Assembly (NCBI GenBank): GCA_964016885.1
Contig: OZ024746.1
Coordinates: 102,512,288-102,576,287, forward strand
DNA length: 64,000 bases
Reading direction: 5' to 3'
From: Eledone cirrhosa
Lineage: Eukaryota
A program made the position numbers and the translations under genes. The first letter of the stretch is position 1. Each line of letters begins with the position of its first letter. This document shows, in pieces, positions 1 through 13,419 of this stretch. The notes beneath the pieces were generated by a model. The model made no database searches. It worked only from the letters and a program-made list of their open reading frames with translations, and was not told the origin of the DNA.

Positions 1-106
1 TGCTAGCATAACGATGTCTCCGTCCTGTCATTGTGGCTGTTTGTAAAAATTGCTTGTAAATGCAGAATTTCTTGTCTTTACCTAGCAGCAGTTTCTTGCT
101 CTCAAT

Positions 107-160
107 TAACCCTAAAACTAGTCGTAACGCTAACAGTAACACTAACCGTAACACTAACTT
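107..160. repeat. Degenerate TAACCC-like hexamer tract (one per 3359-bp unit)
   Basis: taaccc taaaac tagtcg taacgc taacag taacac taaccg taacac taactt: nine in-phase hexamers. Confidence 0.7.
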
Positions 161-164
161 ATGC

Positions 165-320
165 AGGCCTAGGTAAAGACGAGAAAGATAAAACAAGGAG
201 TGATGCTATTTGAATTTTGTGATGCAAGTGTTTTAACCATTTGCAAAACCAACTTCCGCAAACCTGCCAACTGCCTAATAACCTACAAATTAGGCAAGCA
301 CAGAAGCCGGATTTCTCGGT
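165..320 (+). mobile_element. Second RTE endonuclease fragment in the opposite orientation (one per unit)
   Basis: Plus strand reads GLGKDEKD and then FEFCDASVLTICKTNFRKPANCLITYKLGKHRSRI, paralogous to the minus-strand EN. Confidence 0.8.
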
Positions 321-519
321 AGTTAGGCAGCGAGACAGACAGATGGTGTGAAGTACCAGGGTGTGCCCCGGGGAGGACTGTTTCCCACAGCGTGGGTTGG
401 TTGTTGGTGATGTCTCGGTGATCCTGAGACGGAGTGAGGAGGGTGTTTATAGGTAAATAGATAGACTGATGCACAGATATCTGGATAGATTGATAGAGAG
501 ATAGATATATAGAGAGCAT

Positions 520-980
520 CATTATCATCGTCTGTTCATCATTTTACGTCCGCTTTTCCCTGCTTGAAAGGGTGGGACAGGTCCTCTTGAGCAAAGCATC
601 TCTTCACTTGTCACGGTCCTTCGTCATCTCCTTGGTGAGTTTCAGCGATCTGAAGTCGGCTCTCACCACCTCCACCCATGTTTTTCGTGGTCTTCCTCTA
701 CTGCGTCTCCCTTCTTTACCCAGCGCTCAACCTCCATGCGCATCACATGTCCATACCATCTCAGTCCTCTCTTGCACACCACAACTTATCCCTCTTAAAC
801 ACAGTTTCTCTCTCAACTCGTTTATGCTTGGTCGTTCCCGCACATTGACATTGCACATCCAACGGAGCGTGCTTGCTTCATTTCTCTCCAGCCATCGCAT
901 ACCCTCTGCAGTTGCTGTCCATGTTTCACTACCATGCAGGGTCGCACATCTCGCATAGGCATCATGTAACCACACTTTCG
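520..980 (-). mobile_element. RTE-clade LINE, ORF C-terminus and 3' tail (also at +3359, +6718, +10077)
   Basis: Minus translation LHGSETWTATAEGMRWLERNEASTLRWMCNV...ELREKL, followed on the minus strand by the tail gaaaagcggacgtaaaatgatga...(gat)n. Confidence 0.88.
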
Positions 981-1000
981 TACGCATATATATATTTGTA

Positions 1001-1041
<41 letters not shown>

Positions 1042-1066
1042 ATGTATATATATGTATGTATATATT

Positions 1067-1222
1067 TGTCCTGGGTATGACATTAAACTACATCCAGTGG
1101 CAAGGCTCAAGTTCAGGAGGAACTGTGGGGAACATGGAGTTACCCCCTTAGTTGTCATAACTCCCAGGTCTGCTCTGGCCTGGTGTAGTAGTACCTGTTG
1201 GGGCCCCATTTATAGGTTAAAT
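1067..1222. mobile_element. Short interspersed repeat (SINE-like), one per unit; further copy at 16543-16703
   Basis: gtcctgggtatgacattaaactacatccagtg...gttgtcataactcccaggtctg...ggccccatttat is shared with 16543-16703; both copies sit next to TA-rich microsatellite. Confidence 0.75.
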
Positions 1223-1234
1223 AATAAGATGACA

Positions 1235-1670
1235 GATCGGCGTACCCTATCAAAGGCCTTCTCTAGGTCAACAAAGGCTAAGTATAGTGGCTTATTTTTC
1301 TCTAAGAACCTCTCTTGTAATTGTCTCATCAAGAAGAGGGCATCTGTTGTACTATTCCCAGGCACAAAACCAAACTGCATCTCATCTAGTTTGACCCTTT
1401 CTCTAATTAGTTGTGCTAATATCCTTTCTGCCACTTTCATAACCTGATCCATCAGTTTTATATCCCTATAATTTCTCCTCTCAAGAGCGTCCCCTTTACT
1501 TTTGCACTAGTCTTTGGGTATGACACTGCCATATATAGCCTGATTGATGATGTGTGCAACCAGTTTAGTGCCTACGTCCCCTGAGGCCTTCAGCATCTCA
1601 GCAACTATCTCCGATGGTCCAGCAGCCTCACCATTTTTCAATTCCTTAATCGCCTCTTGGACCCTATATT
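1235..1670 (-). mobile_element. RTE LINE reverse transcriptase N-terminal fragment (also in units 2 and 3)
   Basis: DQVMKVAERILAQLIRERVKLDEMQFGFVPGNSTTDALFLMRQLQERFLEKNKPLYLAFVDLEKAFDRV, a classic non-LTR RT motif; truncated. Confidence 0.93.
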
Positions 1671-2414
1671 CGTTAATCTCAATTTTAAATGGACCTCTTG
1701 ATAAGACGAAATGACCTGTATAATTTTTTTTTCATATTTAGATGGAATAGAAGAAAAAGAAGAGAAATGAAAGCAATGAAATTAAGTTTTAGAGAAAATA
1801 TACGCCAACGACAATGGAGGTATGATTTCAGTTTAATCTTAACCTAATGACCACTTTACAGAGTGTACTGGGTGTGTCTTACCTCGCTATGTTTACTGTA
1901 AACCCTAGATAACGAATGCCTTGTTGAGTGTTGTGAATTGTGAACGTGAGGTTGTGTTGTGGGGTTGCTTGGTGAGGTTGCATAAGAAGGGTGTTGTGAG
2001 TTTGCATTATGATGTAGCTTTGTGAGGCTTTGTTGTGAATTGATAAATATTTGAAAACACACCTCTGTCCCTCAACAGTCAGTCAGTCATTTTCTACTAA
2101 AACTCATTGATGCGAGTCCCTAGCATTGTATCTGTAAGTACATTATGACTATTTTCTCTTGGTGGACTTGACATTCAAAGATATTTGTATATATTTTGTT
2201 GATGTTGTTTGTTAGTTAGGAAATTGCTTAAAAGCTACTTTGATCACAGCACTTTGTAAAGGCAACATATGTTTAAGATTCTTTTTTTCTTTTATTTTTG
2301 TTATTCAGATGACAGAGAAGGCAAAGAAAGGCACAGAAGAAAAGAACAATGACGATTATTATTATTATTATTACTATTATTATTTGTTTTATTATAATCA
2401 AAATATGCTGTTAG

Positions 2415-2570
2415 TTTGCCTGCTATCCCACTACGTGCCTGCTATCGCACTCGATCTTTTGTGTACGTTTTATATAATTTATGCCAGTTCCGTTTCTGCA
2501 TATCGAACATGGCCATTTCCCTGACGGAATAGAGTTTTGTCCTCTTTTCTACTCATCAACACTCATTCGT
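2415..2570 (-). mobile_element. RTE internal Cys-rich fragment (also in units 2 and 3)
   Basis: Minus strand reads SGKWPCSICRNG, a Cys-rich segment recalled from mollusc RTE ORFs. Confidence 0.6.
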
Positions 2571-2669
2571 GACACAAAGTACAGCGGCATCATTGCGGAC
2601 AGACTTAATCCCGATTTGCACTGACACACTGCCTTGCAGTACGGAACAGCGCACGTCGTCGAGCAGCCT

Positions 2670-3445
2670 CCTTGCATGCTAAGTACACCTGACGTCTAGC
2701 TTCTCTCTTAGCGGCTGTATATTCTTCTCTACTCGCACTAATTTTGCAAGCATTCCATGCTAGTCTTTAGTCTCCAATGGCCCGATCTACCGTGCTGTCC
2801 CACCACCATGTCACTCTCTGTCTGGTTGGAACTCTGATCCAGCCACAAGTTTCATCAGTAACCTGCAGTAAGGTATCGCATAAGAAATTCCAGTTATCAT
2901 CTATGTTGTACGACTCTAAATCGTCTTCTTTTTCATCATACACATATTGAAGGGCTTTCCTAAATTTGTATTTTAGTGAGAGCTCTTTTAGCTTCCAGAC
3001 CTTTCTTTTTTCCACACCTTCCTGTATGTCTCATTCAGTCTCTTGCTTAATGAGATATCACTAACGACTAACCTATGCTGTGGGGTACATTCTTCCCCGG
3101 GGTATGCCTTTGCATTTGACACCATCTGCCTGTCCCGCTGCCTAACTAGCAAGAAGTCAATCTGGCTTATGTGCTTGCCTGATTTGTAGGTTATTAGGTG
3201 GTTGGCAGATTTGTGTAAGTTAGTGTTGTAGATGGTTAGTGCAATTGCATTGCAAAATTCAAGAAGTTTCACTGCTTCATTTCTTAAGCCGTAAGTGTGC
3301 CCAACATGTACCTCAGTGTAACCATCGTAGAGCTGTCCAACATGACCATTGAAATCCCCTGCTAGCATAACGATGTCTCCGTCCTGTCATTGTGGCTGTT
3401 TGTAAAAATTGCTTGTAAATGCAGAATTTCTTGTCTTTACCTAGC
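2670..3445 (-). mobile_element. RTE LINE AP-endonuclease and linker fragment, frameshifted (spans the unit boundary)
   Basis: LAGDFNGHVG...RNEAVKLLEFC...TYKSGKHISQIDFLLVR...ECTPQHRLVVSD, then KVWKLKE...ETCG...TWWWD. Confidence 0.93.
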
Positions 3446-4359
3446 AGCAGTTTCTTGCTCTCAATTAACCCTAAAACTAGTCGTAACGCTAACAGTAACA
3501 CTAACCGTAACACTAACTTATGCAGGCCTAGGTAAAGACGAGAAAGATAAAACAAGGAGTGATGCTATTTGAATTTTGTGATGCAAGTGTTTTAACCATT
3601 TGCAAAACCAACTTCCGCAAACCTGCCAACTGCCTAATAACCTACAAATTAGGCAAGCACAGAAGCCGGATTTCTCGGTAGTTAGGCAGCGAGACAGACA
3701 GATGGTGTGAAGTACCAGGGTGTGCCCCGGGGAGGACTGTTTCCCACAGCGTGGGTTGGTTGTTGGTGATGTCTCGGTGATCCTGAGACGGAGTGAGGAG
3801 GGTGTTTATAGGTAAATAGATAGACTGATGCACAGATATCTGGATAGATTGATAGAGAGATAGATATATAGAGAGCATCATTATCATCGTCTGTTCATCA
3901 TTTTACGTCCGCTTTTCCCTGCTTGAAAGGGTGGGACAGGTCCTCTTGAGCAAAGCATCTCTTCACTTGTCACGGTCCTTCGTCATCTCCTTGGTGAGTT
4001 TCAGCGATCTGAAGTCGGCTCTCACCACCTCCACCCATGTTTTTCGTGGTCTTCCTCTACTGCGTCTCCCTTCTTTACCCAGCGCTCAACCTCCATGCGC
4101 ATCACATGTCCATACCATCTCAGTCCTCTCTTGCACACCACAACTTATCCCTCTTAAACACAGTTTCTCTCTCAACTCGTTTATGCTTGGTCGTTCCCGC
4201 ACATTGACATTGCACATCCAACGGAGCGTGCTTGCTTCATTTCTCTCCAGCCATCGCATACCCTCTGCAGTTGCTGTCCATGTTTCACTACCATGCAGGG
4301 TCGCACATCTCGCATAGGCATCATGTAACCACACTTTCGTACGCATATATATATTTGTA

Positions 4360-4400
<41 letters not shown>

Positions 4401-7400
4401 ATGTATATATATGTATGTATATATTTGTCCTGGGTATGACATTAAACTACATCCAGTGGCAAGGCTCAAGTTCAGGAGGAACTGTGGGGAACATGGAGTT
4501 ACCCCCTTAGTTGTCATAACTCCCAGGTCTGCTCTGGCCTGGTGTAGTAGTACCTGTTGGGGCCCCATTTATAGGTTAAATAATAAGATGACAGATCGGC
4601 GTACCCTATCAAAGGCCTTCTCTAGGTCAACAAAGGCTAAGTATAGTGGCTTATTTTTCTCTAAGAACCTCTCTTGTAATTGTCTCATCAAGAAGAGGGC
4701 ATCTGTTGTACTATTCCCAGGCACAAAACCAAACTGCATCTCATCTAGTTTGACCCTTTCTCTAATTAGTTGTGCTAATATCCTTTCTGCCACTTTCATA
4801 ACCTGATCCATCAGTTTTATATCCCTATAATTTCTCCTCTCAAGAGCGTCCCCTTTACTTTTGCACTAGTCTTTGGGTATGACACTGCCATATATAGCCT
4901 GATTGATGATGTGTGCAACCAGTTTAGTGCCTACGTCCCCTGAGGCCTTCAGCATCTCAGCAACTATCTCCGATGGTCCAGCAGCCTCACCATTTTTCAA
5001 TTCCTTAATCGCCTCTTGGACCCTATATTCGTTAATCTCAATTTTAAATGGACCTCTTGATAAGACGAAATGACCTGTATAATTTTTTTTTCATATTTAG
5101 ATGGAATAGAAGAAAAAGAAGAGAAATGAAAGCAATGAAATTAAGTTTTAGAGAAAATATACGCCAACGACAATGGAGGTATGATTTCAGTTTAATCTTA
5201 ACCTAATGACCACTTTACAGAGTGTACTGGGTGTGTCTTACCTCGCTATGTTTACTGTAAACCCTAGATAACGAATGCCTTGTTGAGTGTTGTGAATTGT
5301 GAACGTGAGGTTGTGTTGTGGGGTTGCTTGGTGAGGTTGCATAAGAAGGGTGTTGTGAGTTTGCATTATGATGTAGCTTTGTGAGGCTTTGTTGTGAATT
5401 GATAAATATTTGAAAACACACCTCTGTCCCTCAACAGTCAGTCAGTCATTTTCTACTAAAACTCATTGATGCGAGTCCCTAGCATTGTATCTGTAAGTAC
5501 ATTATGACTATTTTCTCTTGGTGGACTTGACATTCAAAGATATTTGTATATATTTTGTTGATGTTGTTTGTTAGTTAGGAAATTGCTTAAAAGCTACTTT
5601 GATCACAGCACTTTGTAAAGGCAACATATGTTTAAGATTCTTTTTTTCTTTTATTTTTGTTATTCAGATGACAGAGAAGGCAAAGAAAGGCACAGAAGAA
5701 AAGAACAATGACGATTATTATTATTATTATTACTATTATTATTTGTTTTATTATAATCAAAATATGCTGTTAGTTTGCCTGCTATCCCACTACGTGCCTG
5801 CTATCGCACTCGATCTTTTGTGTACGTTTTATATAATTTATGCCAGTTCCGTTTCTGCATATCGAACATGGCCATTTCCCTGACGGAATAGAGTTTTGTC
5901 CTCTTTTCTACTCATCAACACTCATTCGTGACACAAAGTACAGCGGCATCATTGCGGACAGACTTAATCCCGATTTGCACTGACACACTGCCTTGCAGTA
6001 CGGAACAGCGCACGTCGTCGAGCAGCCTCCTTGCATGCTAAGTACACCTGACGTCTAGCTTCTCTCTTAGCGGCTGTATATTCTTCTCTACTCGCACTAA
6101 TTTTGCAAGCATTCCATGCTAGTCTTTAGTCTCCAATGGCCCGATCTACCGTGCTGTCCCACCACCATGTCACTCTCTGTCTGGTTGGAACTCTGATCCA
6201 GCCACAAGTTTCATCAGTAACCTGCAGTAAGGTATCGCATAAGAAATTCCAGTTATCATCTATGTTGTACGACTCTAAATCGTCTTCTTTTTCATCATAC
6301 ACATATTGAAGGGCTTTCCTAAATTTGTATTTTAGTGAGAGCTCTTTTAGCTTCCAGACCTTTCTTTTTTCCACACCTTCCTGTATGTCTCATTCAGTCT
6401 CTTGCTTAATGAGATATCACTAACGACTAACCTATGCTGTGGGGTACATTCTTCCCCGGGGTATGCCTTTGCATTTGACACCATCTGCCTGTCCCGCTGC
6501 CTAACTAGCAAGAAGTCAATCTGGCTTATGTGCTTGCCTGATTTGTAGGTTATTAGGTGGTTGGCAGATTTGTGTAAGTTAGTGTTGTAGATGGTTAGTG
6601 CAATTGCATTGCAAAATTCAAGAAGTTTCACTGCTTCATTTCTTAAGCCGTAAGTGTGCCCAACATGTACCTCAGTGTAACCATCGTAGAGCTGTCCAAC
6701 ATGACCATTGAAATCCCCTGCTAGCATAACGATGTCTCCGTCCTGTCATTGTGGCTGTTTGTAAAAATTGCTTGTAAATGCAGAATTTCTTGTCTTTACC
6801 TAGCAGCAGTTTCTTGCTCTCAATTAACCCTAAAACTAGTCGTAACGCTAACAGTAACACTAACCGTAACACTAACTTATGCAGGCCTAGGTAAAGACGA
6901 GAAAGATAAAACAAGGAGTGATGCTATTTGAATTTTGTGATGCAAGTGTTTTAACCATTTGCAAAACCAACTTCCGCAAACCTGCCAACTGCCTAATAAC
7001 CTACAAATTAGGCAAGCACAGAAGCCGGATTTCTCGGTAGTTAGGCAGCGAGACAGACAGATGGTGTGAAGTACCAGGGTGTGCCCCGGGGAGGACTGTT
7101 TCCCACAGCGTGGGTTGGTTGTTGGTGATGTCTCGGTGATCCTGAGACGGAGTGAGGAGGGTGTTTATAGGTAAATAGATAGACTGATGCACAGATATCT
7201 GGATAGATTGATAGAGAGATAGATATATAGAGAGCATCATTATCATCGTCTGTTCATCATTTTACGTCCGCTTTTCCCTGCTTGAAAGGGTGGGACAGGT
7301 CCTCTTGAGCAAAGCATCTCTTCACTTGTCACGGTCCTTCGTCATCTCCTTGGTGAGTTTCAGCGATCTGAAGTCGGCTCTCACCACCTCCACCCATGTT

Positions 7401-7718
7401 TTTCGTGGTCTTCCTCTACTGCGTCTCCCTTCTTTACCCAGCGCTCAACCTCCATGCGCATCACATGTCCATACCATCTCAGTCCTCTCTTGCACACCAC
7501 AACTTATCCCTCTTAAACACAGTTTCTCTCTCAACTCGTTTATGCTTGGTCGTTCCCGCACATTGACATTGCACATCCAACGGAGCGTGCTTGCTTCATT
7601 TCTCTCCAGCCATCGCATACCCTCTGCAGTTGCTGTCCATGTTTCACTACCATGCAGGGTCGCACATCTCGCATAGGCATCATGTAACCACACTTTCGTA
7701 CGCATATATATATTTGTA

Positions 7719-7759
<41 letters not shown>

Positions 7760-10700
7760 ATGTATATATATGTATGTATATATTTGTCCTGGGTATGACA
7801 TTAAACTACATCCAGTGGCAAGGCTCAAGTTCAGGAGGAACTGTGGGGAACATGGAGTTACCCCCTTAGTTGTCATAACTCCCAGGTCTGCTCTGGCCTG
7901 GTGTAGTAGTACCTGTTGGGGCCCCATTTATAGGTTAAATAATAAGATGACAGATCGGCGTACCCTATCAAAGGCCTTCTCTAGGTCAACAAAGGCTAAG
8001 TATAGTGGCTTATTTTTCTCTAAGAACCTCTCTTGTAATTGTCTCATCAAGAAGAGGGCATCTGTTGTACTATTCCCAGGCACAAAACCAAACTGCATCT
8101 CATCTAGTTTGACCCTTTCTCTAATTAGTTGTGCTAATATCCTTTCTGCCACTTTCATAACCTGATCCATCAGTTTTATATCCCTATAATTTCTCCTCTC
8201 AAGAGCGTCCCCTTTACTTTTGCACTAGTCTTTGGGTATGACACTGCCATATATAGCCTGATTGATGATGTGTGCAACCAGTTTAGTGCCTACGTCCCCT
8301 GAGGCCTTCAGCATCTCAGCAACTATCTCCGATGGTCCAGCAGCCTCACCATTTTTCAATTCCTTAATCGCCTCTTGGACCCTATATTCGTTAATCTCAA
8401 TTTTAAATGGACCTCTTGATAAGACGAAATGACCTGTATAATTTTTTTTTCATATTTAGATGGAATAGAAGAAAAAGAAGAGAAATGAAAGCAATGAAAT
8501 TAAGTTTTAGAGAAAATATACGCCAACGACAATGGAGGTATGATTTCAGTTTAATCTTAACCTAATGACCACTTTACAGAGTGTACTGGGTGTGTCTTAC
8601 CTCGCTATGTTTACTGTAAACCCTAGATAACGAATGCCTTGTTGAGTGTTGTGAATTGTGAACGTGAGGTTGTGTTGTGGGGTTGCTTGGTGAGGTTGCA
8701 TAAGAAGGGTGTTGTGAGTTTGCATTATGATGTAGCTTTGTGAGGCTTTGTTGTGAATTGATAAATATTTGAAAACACACCTCTGTCCCTCAACAGTCAG
8801 TCAGTCATTTTCTACTAAAACTCATTGATGCGAGTCCCTAGCATTGTATCTGTAAGTACATTATGACTATTTTCTCTTGGTGGACTTGACATTCAAAGAT
8901 ATTTGTATATATTTTGTTGATGTTGTTTGTTAGTTAGGAAATTGCTTAAAAGCTACTTTGATCACAGCACTTTGTAAAGGCAACATATGTTTAAGATTCT
9001 TTTTTTCTTTTATTTTTGTTATTCAGATGACAGAGAAGGCAAAGAAAGGCACAGAAGAAAAGAACAATGACGATTATTATTATTATTATTACTATTATTA
9101 TTTGTTTTATTATAATCAAAATATGCTGTTAGTTTGCCTGCTATCCCACTACGTGCCTGCTATCGCACTCGATCTTTTGTGTACGTTTTATATAATTTAT
9201 GCCAGTTCCGTTTCTGCATATCGAACATGGCCATTTCCCTGACGGAATAGAGTTTTGTCCTCTTTTCTACTCATCAACACTCATTCGTGACACAAAGTAC
9301 AGCGGCATCATTGCGGACAGACTTAATCCCGATTTGCACTGACACACTGCCTTGCAGTACGGAACAGCGCACGTCGTCGAGCAGCCTCCTTGCATGCTAA
9401 GTACACCTGACGTCTAGCTTCTCTCTTAGCGGCTGTATATTCTTCTCTACTCGCACTAATTTTGCAAGCATTCCATGCTAGTCTTTAGTCTCCAATGGCC
9501 CGATCTACCGTGCTGTCCCACCACCATGTCACTCTCTGTCTGGTTGGAACTCTGATCCAGCCACAAGTTTCATCAGTAACCTGCAGTAAGGTATCGCATA
9601 AGAAATTCCAGTTATCATCTATGTTGTACGACTCTAAATCGTCTTCTTTTTCATCATACACATATTGAAGGGCTTTCCTAAATTTGTATTTTAGTGAGAG
9701 CTCTTTTAGCTTCCAGACCTTTCTTTTTTCCACACCTTCCTGTATGTCTCATTCAGTCTCTTGCTTAATGAGATATCACTAACGACTAACCTATGCTGTG
9801 GGGTACATTCTTCCCCGGGGTATGCCTTTGCATTTGACACCATCTGCCTGTCCCGCTGCCTAACTAGCAAGAAGTCAATCTGGCTTATGTGCTTGCCTGA
9901 TTTGTAGGTTATTAGGTGGTTGGCAGATTTGTGTAAGTTAGTGTTGTAGATGGTTAGTGCAATTGCATTGCAAAATTCAAGAAGTTTCACTGCTTCATTT
10001 CTTAAGCCGTAAGTGTGCCCAACATGTACCTCAGTGTAACCATCGTAGAGCTGTCCAACATGACCATTGAAATCCCCTGCTAGCATAACGATGTCTCCGT
10101 CCTGTCATTGTGGCTGTTTGTAAAAATTGCTTGTAAATGCAGAATTTCTTGTCTTTACCTAGCAGCAGTTTCTTGCTCTCAATTAACCCTAAAACTAGTC
10201 GTAACGCTAACAGTAACACTAACCGTAACACTAACTTATGCAGGCCTAGGTAAAGACGAGAAAGATAAAACAAGGAGTGATGCTATTTGAATTTTGTGAT
10301 GCAAGTGTTTTAACCATTTGCAAAACCAACTTCCGCAAACCTGCCAACTGCCTAATAACCTACAAATTAGGCAAGCACAGAAGCCGGATTTCTCGGTAGT
10401 TAGGCAGCGAGACAGACAGATGGTGTGAAGTACCAGGGTGTGCCCCGGGGAGGACTGTTTCCCACAGCGTGGGTTGGTTGTTGGTGATGTCTCGGTGATC
10501 CTGAGACGGAGTGAGGAGGGTGTTTATAGGTAAATAGATAGACTGATGCACAGATATCTGGATAGATTGATAGAGAGATAGATATATAGAGAGCATCATT
10601 ATCATCGTCTGTTCATCATTTTACGTCCGCTTTTCCCTGCTTGAAAGGGTGGGACAGGTCCTCTTGAGCAAAGCATCTCTTCACTTGTCACGGTCCTTCG

Positions 10701-11032
10701 TCATCTCCTTGGTGAGTTTCAGCGATCTGAAGTCGGCTCTCACCACCTCCACCCATGTTTTTCGTGGTCTTCCTCTACTGCGTCTCCCTTCTTTACCCAG
10801 CGCTCAACCTCCATGCGCATCACATGTCCATACCATCTCAGTCCTCTCTTGCACACCACAACTTATCCCTCTTAAACACAGTTTCTCTCTCAACTCGTTT
10901 ATGCTTGGTCGTTCCCGCACATTGACATTGCACATCCAACGGAGCGTGCTTGCTTCATTTCTCTCCAGCCATCGCATACCCTCTGCAGTTGCTGTCCATG
11001 TCTCACTACCATGCAGCATCGCGCATCTCACT

Positions 11033-11063
<31 letters not shown>

Positions 11064-11082
11064 GTACATACATATATATTAT

Positions 11083-11685
11083 GTCAGGTCACCAGTTGGT
11101 GCTACTGGTAACATGTATCCCAGTACAACCTGTCTCCTGGTCGGGTCGTTGGCGACTAAACTGGCAACCCCACTAAGGTTTCTTGGTGAGGAGGGTGACT
11201 TTGGACATCCTGCAGGACTAAAAACAAAACCTGTCAAAGGGCAAAGGAGCTCTTAAGAGTCAATGGCCATCCAAAATCACCGGGAGAGATGACCCCTTAG
11301 CCTGTGTCAAGGCAGAATTCTAGAAGGAAAACTCTGATATAACACCTGCAACCCTGATGGTATCCAATGATGTTGACTTGTTTTGCTTTTTGGTAAATAT
11401 CATCTTGGTTAAGAGAGTGGGACTGGCTTTGTGCAGTGCCTTTGCTCACTATAAAAGCTTCACAGCACAGGCATTGCTTTATATCTGGAGATCTCTCTGC
11501 ACTCGTCGTCACATGGTACGATTGGCCCAGCACTGTCAATAATTGTCACAAGTGTAGTGTTTGTACCAGAGTTTTCAAGTCACTGGCTGGACTAAAACGT
11601 CACACTCGTTCAGCCCATCGGTAGGGGTTCTCCTACATGGATATAAAGTAGGGGCCGTACTCGAAAAAGAGTTGGCAACCACCAT
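11083..11685 (+). mobile_element. Internally deleted RTE/BovB-like element (5' UTR-like part plus 3' C2H2 end)
   Basis: 3' part encodes CSVCTRVFKSLAGLKRHTRSAH* (C2H2 finger seen at the C-terminus of some RTE ORFs) followed by a short UTR. The whole unit is flanked by TA-rich microsatellite. The 5' UTR call is from recall. Confidence 0.6.
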
Positions 11686-11740
11686 ATATATGTATATATG
11701 TATATATTTATATGTATGTATATATGCATATATTTGTATG

Positions 11741-11779
<39 letters not shown>

Positions 11780-11799
11780 TTCTGGCTTTCTCTTATTTT

Positions 11800-12670
11800 C
11801 ACTCACTCCTCCGCTAGCTCACTTCCTTCCTCGTCCGTAACTGTCTCTTCTCTTGCTCACACTTCTACAGTGAATGTGTCTTTTTTTCTTATCAAACCCG
11901 CCAGAACTTGTGTTCGAAATCAATTGTTCACTCGTTTTTTTTTTTTTTTTTTTTCCTTTCTTTTTGTTGCTTCAGCCTTTGTGTCTGTTTATATTTTTCT
12001 CTCTCTCTCCCCTCTTTTTTATCCCAATAACTTATTTTAGTTATTGTTCGGCCTAGGTTGAGGCATCTTGTCTCTAACGCGAAGAAATGCCTATGATTCC
12101 TAGCAGACAACTGACGATGGATATTGCCCTCTTTTGCCCGTAACTTTTATTTTGATTATATTTCAATGCAACCACACAGCTTGCCATTTTATTCACATAG
12201 TTTTCTTCTCAGTTGTGACCCATCTCTCTTCTATCCCCTTGTTGCTATGCTCTCTCTCCCCCTTCTCCCTCTTCTGCTAGTCACCTTCTCTCGGCTAACC
12301 TGCCACTTCTAAAGCAGTCTCTTCTCTCACTCACACTGCTACAGTGAAGACATGCATTTTTTTTTCTCGTTAAACCCACCAGAACTTATGTTCAAAATGA
12401 GTTGTTGACTTGATTTTTCCTCTTTTCGTTTCTTCACCCTTCATGTGTGTATCCATTTTTCTCTCTCCCCCTTTTTTTATTCCAATAACTTATTTTAGTT
12501 ATTGTTCGCCCTAGGTTGAGGCATCTTGTCTCTAACGCGAAGAAATGCCTATGATTCCTAGCAGACAACTGACGATGGATATTGCCCTCTTTTGCCCATA
12601 ACTTTTCTTTTCATTATACTTAAATGCAACCACACAGCTTGCCATTTTATTCATAGTTTCCTTCTCCGCT
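11800..12670. repeat. Local tandem duplication with a period of about 460-480 bp
   Basis: ccaataacttattttagttattgttcg...gccattttattc occurs at about 12023 and 12483, and ctacagtgaa...aaaccc..cagaactt at about 11865 and 12339. Confidence 0.9.
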
Positions 12671-12940
12671 GAGTTTTGTCCTCTTTTCTACTCATCAACA
12701 ATTTTGTCTTAGCTATGTTCACTCTCAGTCCTCTTAATTCCAACTCTGTTTTCATAGCCAGAATTTATTCTCAAGCTCTTCTACTGATTTTATCATCAGC
12801 ATAGATAAGTTTCTGTAAACAGGATGTATTCCTACTTGTATCTGGAATTTGTCACTAAACTCCATTCCTACCCTCACTTTACTGACAGCACCTCTGTACA
12901 AAGCTTGCAATGTCCTCACAAGCCATTCATCAACACCTAC
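12670..12940 (-). mobile_element. Decayed RTE RT fragment
   Basis: GVDEWLVRTLQALYRGAVSKVRVGMEFSDKFQIQVGIH on the minus strand. Confidence 0.8.
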
Positions 12941-13021
12941 ACCGAAAAACAACCCAAACCAAACCGTGTGTTCTGTTATTATTTCTTGCAATATTTATAA
13001 CAATATGACTCTCCCCTGTTA

Positions 13022-13058
<37 letters not shown>

Positions 13059-13419
13059 TCATACAAATATGTATCGCAGCATTATCAATAAAGGACTTTA
13101 ACATCTGAAAGTATTTCGCATTTTATCATTATATATATATGCACACATACACACACATACACCGAGAGAGACGACATATATTTATATATGCTAGCTGAAG
13201 AACTGCCCTTTGGGCGTTTTTCTGCTAGTATATATAGACATAAGTTTTTGTAGTGTCCCTTTTCTATCATTTAAAAAGAAACTGAAATGCATTTCAACTA
13301 AAAGAGTGATAGCTGTTTCACATGACTGTAGAATTTCTTTGTAGACACAGTTGCCAGCAAACAGACACCTTTCATTTAATATTTTAATATTTTCTTTTTT
13401 GTGATAATGCAACATACGT

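Larger units (their letters stand above)
1..11002. repeat. Tandem array with a 3359-bp unit; about 3.3 copies visible, open at the left edge
   Basis: Every ORF in the track recurs at +3359 (31/3390/6749/10108; 2988/6347/9706) with identical translations. Identity to the earlier units breaks at about 11003. Confidence 0.98.

Noticed and set aside
1-11002. Telomere-specific retrotransposon array (HeT-A/TART or SART/TRAS style)
   Set aside because: The units are scrambled, frameshifted fragments amplified as DNA about 48 kb from the telomere, and a normal TTAGGG tract is present.
12105-12140. CTGACGA in the local duplication as a hammerhead core
   Set aside because: No suitably placed GAAA and no stems I-III could be paired.
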